The translations under genes were made by a program, and so were the position numbers. Below, piece after piece: positions 32,430 through 36,589 of a stretch of 36,589 bases of DNA. Position 1 is the stretch's first letter. Every line of letters starts with the position of its first letter. Source of the stretch: a virus; the IMG/VR virus record IMGVR_UViG_3300048576_000185, positions 1 through 36,589 of that record; one strand, given 5' to 3'. The notes under the pieces are model-generated. The model saw only the letters and a list, made by a program, of their open reading frames with translations, searched no databases and had not been told where the DNA came from.

Positions 32430-32455
32430 AACTACCAATAAATATTGCAACCAGA

Positions 32456-32484
32456 ATTATAGCTTATCCGTTCTATATTGACAA
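32456..32484 (-). promoter_or_regulatory. Near-consensus sigma70-type promoter: TTGTCA, 17 nt, TATAAT (candidate late promoter)
   Basis: On the minus strand the -35 is at 32484-32479 and the -10 at 32461-32456. It begins 14 nt after the stop of the 316-aa gene. CCTGTTCAC (32493-32485) abuts the -35. Confidence 0.75.
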
Positions 32485-32497
32485 GTGAACAGGAATA

Positions 32498-33448
32498 TCA
32501 TATCCTCACTCCCTTCCTTCTCCGTTTGGACCGCTCTATCCCCTTCACCGGCTCCTCACCCCTCAATTTTTTTAGCCTCTGATAGTGCATGAAAATCGCA
32601 TATCCTGTGACCGGGCTCTTCATCAGCCGGCCGATGTCCGCCCAGCCCTTATGCCATACATCCCTGGCCAGCAACAGGAACTCATTGGCGCCCTCTGTCC
32701 AGTTTTCGGTGGTTTCAGTGACTCCTTGTTTGGGATACTTGATCTGTTCTGCCACACTTCTCCGGATGTACCAGTAGGACCATTTGGGGTTGCGTTGTCT
32801 TTCCTTTCCTACCGCCTGAATAGCGGGGATATGATGATTTTGGATATAACTGACCACATTTCGTACCTCACATCCCCACATCTTTGATACTGTCACGGTA
32901 TCCAGCCACTCATCCCCCCATCGTTCCTGGGCCAGGGTCACCAGCCGGCGAAAATAGGGGTTGATCATCCGCTCTGTTTTAAAGTAAACCCAGTGTTCTG
33001 GCTGGATCAACCACCGCTTAAAATCTTCTACTTTTACCCATCTCTTCATGACCCTGGTATCGCTATATGGCATGTAACTGTATAGCATGATCCCCAGATC
33101 CATCCAGCAGGTGACCGAATGGCTGTCCCGACCGAGGATCTTCCCGATTTTGTTGCCCGATAAATACCCTTCGGCATGACGTGGGGATGTAATGCCATGT
33201 CTGACCACATACATATGGATCGAATTTTGAGATCTTCCCATCATTTCGGCGCATTTTTCAGTCCCCAGGTATTGATAATTCTCCCTGACGAATTTTTTCT
33301 CCTCATCAGTCCAAGATACTCGCCGGGGCTTCTGTTCCTCTTGCACGATCACCGGCCGGACGACATTTATCCCATTTACTCGCTTCCAGTCAGCGGGTTG
33401 GGTGTTGGCATCACTAATGGCAAGATCAATCAAAAAATCAATATCCAT
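32498..33448 (-). CDS. DNA-binding regulator with two Myb/SANT-like HTH repeats (316 aa); candidate late-gene regulator
   Basis: SWTDEEKKFVRENYQYLGTEKCAEMMGRSQNSIHMYVVRHGI and NWTEGANEFLLLARDVWHKGWADIGRLMKSPVTGYAIFMHYQRLKK. Basic C-terminal tail: RSKRRRKGVRI. Confidence 0.5.
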   Translation of the reverse strand: MDIDFLIDLAISDANTQPADWKRVNGINVVRPVIVQEEQKPRRVSWTDEEKKFVRENYQYLGTEKCAEMMGRSQNSIHMYVVRHGITSPRHAEGYLSGNKIGKILGRDSHSVTCWMDLGIMLYSYMPYSDTRVMKRWVKVEDFKRWLIQPEHWVYFKTERMINPYFRRLVTLAQERWGDEWLDTVTVSKMWGCEVRNVVSYIQNHHIPAIQAVGKERQRNPKWSYWYIRRSVAEQIKYPKQGVTETTENWTEGANEFLLLARDVWHKGWADIGRLMKSPVTGYAIFMHYQRLKKLRGEEPVKGIERSKRRRKGVRI

Positions 33449-34313
33449 CGTGAGTATCTCCCTTACCGATCATCTGGATGACTAAATCCACAACCGGGCA
33501 ATCCTTGCATGTAGTCACGGTTGCGTTATCTACCAGGCTGCATTTTTTACAGGTATCTCTCACCGAGATCTCGAACAACACCCAGGGAGGAAGTTTCCCG
33601 ACCGCCGCGAACGCATCCCATGCCGGCCGGCTCACTTTCCCGGCTCTTCGCGTGGCAATCTCAAAAGCAGGCACAGTATTTGAGCCTATTGGCTTTGCCT
33701 TGCTCCCCTCAATCACCCGGCGGATGGCATCCACGCTCTGGGGGATGGTCATCTTGCTGTTGGCCAATCGGATGGCCATCTTTTCTCGAGTGGCCGATAC
33801 CGGGATATCCATCAGGGCATCCACCAGGCGCGGATCGGGGGAGATCCGTTTCGCCAGAATCAATTTTTGGATGGATGTCTCCAGCTTCAGCAGCTTCAGA
33901 TTTCGGTTTACCCGGGCGTAATTGGTCCCCATCTTGAGAGCGATTTGGTTCTCGCTCAGTCCAAACTCATTTTTGAGGCGCTGGTAGGCATGCGCCTCAT
34001 CGATGGGGTTCAGATCTGCCCGTTGGATGTTGGCCACCATCGCCCTCATCAGCCGTTCTTCTTTCCCGATGCCGCCTGTTGGGTCCACCGGATCCACTGG
34101 CACCTCCTTCAGTCCTGCCAGTTTGGATGCTCTCAGCCTCCTCTCGCCATCATGGATGATGTAATTTCCCTTGCCGGCAACTTCCGCGATGATAGGCTGG
34201 ATGACCCCGTGCTGTTTGATGCTGTCCGCCAGTTCCTGCAGTTCGGCCTGGTCAAATGTTTTTCTTGGCTGCTCAGGGTTGGGCAGCAATCTTTCAACGC
34301 TGACTAATATCAT
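33438..34313 (-). CDS. ParB/Spo0J-like protein (ParB N-terminal domain plus HTH) with a Cys-rich C-terminus
   Basis: LLPNPEQPRKTFDQAELQELADSIKQHGVIQPII...HDGERRLRASKLAGL. HTH: SENQIALKMGTNYARVNRNLKLL. C-terminus: CKKCSLVDNATVTTCKDCPV. Confidence 0.8.
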   Translation of the reverse strand: MILVSVERLLPNPEQPRKTFDQAELQELADSIKQHGVIQPIIAEVAGKGNYIIHDGERRLRASKLAGLKEVPVDPVDPTGGIGKEERLMRAMVANIQRADLNPIDEAHAYQRLKNEFGLSENQIALKMGTNYARVNRNLKLLKLETSIQKLILAKRISPDPRLVDALMDIPVSATREKMAIRLANSKMTIPQSVDAIRRVIEGSKAKPIGSNTVPAFEIATRRAGKVSRPAWDAFAAVGKLPPWVLFEISVRDTCKKCSLVDNATVTTCKDCPVVDLVIQMIGKGDTHDGY

Positions 34314-34431
34314 GGTTCCTCCATTCCCATATCTTCAGATACACCCACACAACCGGCCAGAGTAGGCACATCCACCACACCCCGGCCTGCTCCTGCCTCA
34401 GTTGCTCCGCCGTCTCACCCACCCACGGCAT
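34294..34431 (-). CDS. Possible 45-aa Trp-rich membrane micro-protein
   Basis: MPWVGETAEQLRQEQAGVWWMCLLWPVVWVYLKIWEWRNHDISQR. It fills an otherwise empty 125-bp gap, has G/C-rich third positions, has a weak SD and overlaps the ParB start by 20 nt. Confidence 0.25.
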   Translation of the reverse strand: MPWVGETAEQLRQEQAGVWWMCLLWPVVWVYLKIWEWRNHDISQR

Positions 34432-34438
34432 AGCCGTT

Positions 34439-34948
34439 CTACTCCCCAGCCAGGTGGATCAGCAGCTGCCGGCTGCTCTCGGTCAGATAAACCGGATCCC
34501 CTCGCCACTCTGCCTGTGTGATGATCCCACGCTCCATCATGCTGTCCATCCCCCCGAAAATAATCCTCAGGTGCCTGATCCCCATTCCTGGCCGTTTGGC
34601 CAGCATAATCATCAGCTTCAGATCTGCCGAGTTGAAATACTGCCCGGTCGCCTTCCGAGCCTTGCTAGCCAGCGACATCGTGGATCTCGCCTCCAGCCGG
34701 TCCAACACCTCTTCGCTGATCACCGCCGGCTCCGGCCCAACGGAAAGTAACCGGTCCGCCCGCTTGTAAACTTCCTGGCCGTGAGTGGTCAGCCTCCCAT
34801 CCTCACCGATCAGGTCCGCCAGGGCCTTGCGGGTCGAGCCATGCATATCCCTCCCCAGCCCTCCCTCCGCCGCCTGGCAAACCAGCACGAAATGCGCCGG
34901 TGTCAAATCGCAGTACATCATGATTTGATCCTCAAATTCCTTTTCCAT
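34439..34948 (-). CDS. Hypothetical protein with two winged-helix-like segments
   Basis: ATG 34948 with GGAGGTGAGGTG upstream. C-terminal segment: LKLMIMLAKRPGMGIRHLRIIFGGMDSMMERGIITQAEWRGDPVYLTESSRQLL. Confidence 0.45.
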   Translation of the reverse strand: MEKEFEDQIMMYCDLTPAHFVLVCQAAEGGLGRDMHGSTRKALADLIGEDGRLTTHGQEVYKRADRLLSVGPEPAVISEEVLDRLEARSTMSLASKARKATGQYFNSADLKLMIMLAKRPGMGIRHLRIIFGGMDSMMERGIITQAEWRGDPVYLTESSRQLLIHLAGE

Positions 34949-35301
34949 CACCTCACCTCCTCTCGATGGTCCAACCGCCAGCGCAATTCCTCTGGCGTCA
35001 TCTCCTCCAACCGGCGCCTTTTTATCCGCGCCTTGATCACCTGGATTTCTGCCGGCAGATACACCCGCCCAGTTATCGGGTCCACCTCCACCGCCACTTT
35101 ATAAGGAAGTCCCAGCGGAACGCACACCGATTTTTCGGATGGCATATATCCTTCGGTTATGATTTTGTATGCCATCCCGGCCGATACTCCAAACTGGCTT
35201 GCAACGGCCCGATAACCGCCATGAGGTCCTGATCTTCGGAGAGCCCGCCTCATGGCCCTCCTGATCTTGTTATATGCTTTAACATATGCCGGGGATTTCA
35301 T
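34948..35301 (-). CDS. Small basic HTH DNA-binding protein (117 aa)
   Basis: Start at ATG 35301 (ATGA overlap with the ASCH gene stop). YRAVASQFGVSAGMAYKIITEGY is HTH-like. Confidence 0.5.
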   Translation of the reverse strand: MKSPAYVKAYNKIRRAMRRALRRSGPHGGYRAVASQFGVSAGMAYKIITEGYMPSEKSVCVPLGLPYKVAVEVDPITGRVYLPAEIQVIKARIKRRRLEEMTPEELRWRLDHREEVR

Positions 35302-35843
35302 TTCAAAACCTCTTTTTCGATATCTGCCGGCAGATCCCACATCCCCAACCCACCCCTGGCATGGATGCACCGGCCTGAAATATCCCGGATGTTTGTGAGG
35401 ATCCACGCATACCGACTGGGTGAGTAATCTCCAAACGATTTTTCCGGTTCCCCGGGAGGAATATCGATAACCAGGTCATCTTTTCCCGGTTCCTTCTGTT
35501 CATTGATATAACACTCAAATCGATATATTTCATTACTCCTGGATGATATATATCGGGCCCGAGCGGGCGGAATATAAAGGCAGCCGACCAGCTCGCAGGT
35601 GGCGACAACCCTCCCCAGCGAAAAATCCGGGTAGGTTGGATAACCGTATTGGTCATCGAGCAGCGCCGATCTGAATGGTTCTTGCCCGATGATCGAGTGA
35701 GCCCCGGTGATGTACATCCTGTTTTTGCCCGCGTGGATGGCCAGCGGCCCCCGATAGTTGGTGGACCATGACCTGGTCTCAATCCGCTTTTTTCCCATGG
35801 CCACCAGCGTCGCCCATGGCTGATAAAGAGTGATCGCTTTCAT
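35298..35843 (-). CDS. ASCH (PUA-like) domain protein
   Basis: MKAITLYQPWATLVAMGKKRIETRSWSTNYRGPLAIHAG is the characteristic ASCH N-terminal pattern. Confidence 0.7.
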   Translation of the reverse strand: MKAITLYQPWATLVAMGKKRIETRSWSTNYRGPLAIHAGKNRMYITGAHSIIGQEPFRSALLDDQYGYPTYPDFSLGRVVATCELVGCLYIPPARARYISSRSNEIYRFECYINEQKEPGKDDLVIDIPPGEPEKSFGDYSPSRYAWILTNIRDISGRCIHARGGLGMWDLPADIEKEVLK

Positions 35844-36418
35844 TCTTCATCTTCCTTCCAGATCTCGAAAAATCCGGTGTCGGAATCAATGACCCCAATA
35901 ATTCCACGGCCATTTGCCCTGGACCATTCGCGCGCCGGCGCAGTCACTTTGACAAAGTTTTTATAGGGAGCAATCTGATTTTTCAGCGGTAGTCTGCATT
36001 CATATTCGAAAAATTCATCCTTCGGAATATAGATGGATATTTTCTCGTCCGGATCCACCAGCTCATAATCTTCATAGATGTCCTCACCATGGAGTTCCTG
36101 GTTATAAAGCTCGAGGTACACATCCTGAAGATCCTCGGCGTCCATGGCCGCGAATAACTCAGATCCGCTCCGATATACATTCCATGGCGCCCCAACTTCG
36201 GCAATGGATGATCGTAAATCCCGGGCCAGGTGAGGCAGCTCGCCGGCGATCTGGCGGCTGATAAACCAGAGAGCTTGCCGGCAGACCATACCCCAAAAAT
36301 CATCCTTGTCATAGCGCAACACAAAATACCTGCCGAGGGGGTCCATCGGATGCCCATCCGCATGTTCGATTTTGTATTTCCCATACAGTCCTTTTTCTTT
36401 ATCGGTTTGTTCTTCCAT
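35840..36418 (-). CDS. Hypothetical protein (192 aa) with an acidic C-terminal half
   Basis: Start at ATG 36418 (MEEQTDKEK, with AAGGAGGACAGA upstream) rather than track position 36538. N-terminus: YKIEHADGHPMDPLGRYFVLRYDKDD. Confidence 0.55.
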   Translation of the reverse strand: MEEQTDKEKGLYGKYKIEHADGHPMDPLGRYFVLRYDKDDFWGMVCRQALWFISRQIAGELPHLARDLRSSIAEVGAPWNVYRSGSELFAAMDAEDLQDVYLELYNQELHGEDIYEDYELVDPDEKISIYIPKDEFFEYECRLPLKNQIAPYKNFVKVTAPAREWSRANGRGIIGVIDSDTGFFEIWKEDEE

Positions 36419-36428
36419 TCTGTCCTCC

Positions 36429-36589
36429 TTATGAGATCCGCTTACTCGGATCCAGATACCATTCGCTGATCCCGATCTGCCGAAGGATGCCCGCCTCGGT
36501 GTCATCATCCACCCGCCGGTCCCCCTCGAAAATCCCATAACCGGCGCTGTACTGCAGACCGAGTTTGTGAGCCTCCATCACCAGACGCA
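36429..36589 (-). CDS. C-terminal end of the Pol X-family gene that starts at 545 (the same gene, continued through the terminal repeat)
   Basis: ...GILRQIGISEWYLDPSKRIS, with stop TAA at 36431-36429. The frame closes: 545 + 34 = 579 nt = 193 codons. Confidence 0.75.
   Translation of the reverse strand, partial: RLVMEAHKLGLQYSAGYGIFEGDRRVDDDTEAGILRQIGISEWYLDPSKRIS
36463..36589. repeat. Terminal direct repeat, copy 2 (identical to 1..127)
   Basis: Read directly. Confidence 0.97.

Larger units (their letters stand above)
1..36589. mobile_element. Complete temperate tailed-phage genome (siphovirus-like gene order, HK97-type head module), circularly closed assembly, unique length 36,462 bp
   Basis: Gene order TerS-TerL-portal-MuF-protease/capsid-connector-major tail-G/GT-tape measure-fibre-lysin. 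A repressor/recombinase cassette is present. The two ends overlap exactly over 127 bp. Confidence 0.9.

Noticed and set aside
1-36589. Search for tRNA, rRNA and CRISPR arrays
   Set aside because: No T-loop-like GGTTCGAATCC-type sequences, rRNA-like segments or repeat-spacer arrays were seen by eye. A tRNAscan/Infernal run would be needed to exclude small RNAs formally.

Overview
The window is the complete genome of a temperate tailed phage, assembled as a circle. Positions 1-127 are repeated base-for-base at 36463-36589, giving a unique length of 36,462 bp. One gene, a minimal Pol X-family polymerase, reads through that junction, so the window ends are an arbitrary cut rather than biological ends. 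Coding is dense and almost entirely on the minus strand. The only plus-strand genes are a three-gene lysogeny cassette at 9142-11822: an XRE-type repressor, a membrane-anchored extracytoplasmic protein and a large serine recombinase. In transcription order, the minus strand runs as follows. (1) A consensus early promoter with operator-like repeats (9059-9101), then an RHH (Cro-like) gene, a tyrosine recombinase and small early genes. (2) A DnaG-type primase fused to a P-loop NTPase, flanked by two ~340-bp non-coding regions, one of which carries 12 G[T/C]TCAC iterons. (3) Across the junction: Pol X, an ASCH protein, HTH proteins, a ParB-like protein and a 316-aa Myb/SANT-like regulator. (4) A consensus promoter that fires straight into an intrinsic terminator (32407-32484), two small ORFs and a second terminator. 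(5) The late genes: holin-like genes, TerS, TerL, portal, MuF-like protein, a protease-scaffold-capsid polyprotein, connector proteins, major tail protein, G/GT chaperones with a CCCAAAC -1 slip site, tape measure, tail tip and fibre genes, and an endolysin, ending at a bidirectional terminator (11811-11840). I saw no rRNA, tRNA or CRISPR array. All functional calls rest on motifs read by eye in the translated ORFs plus gene order. No database or HMM search was possible, and the host is unknown.
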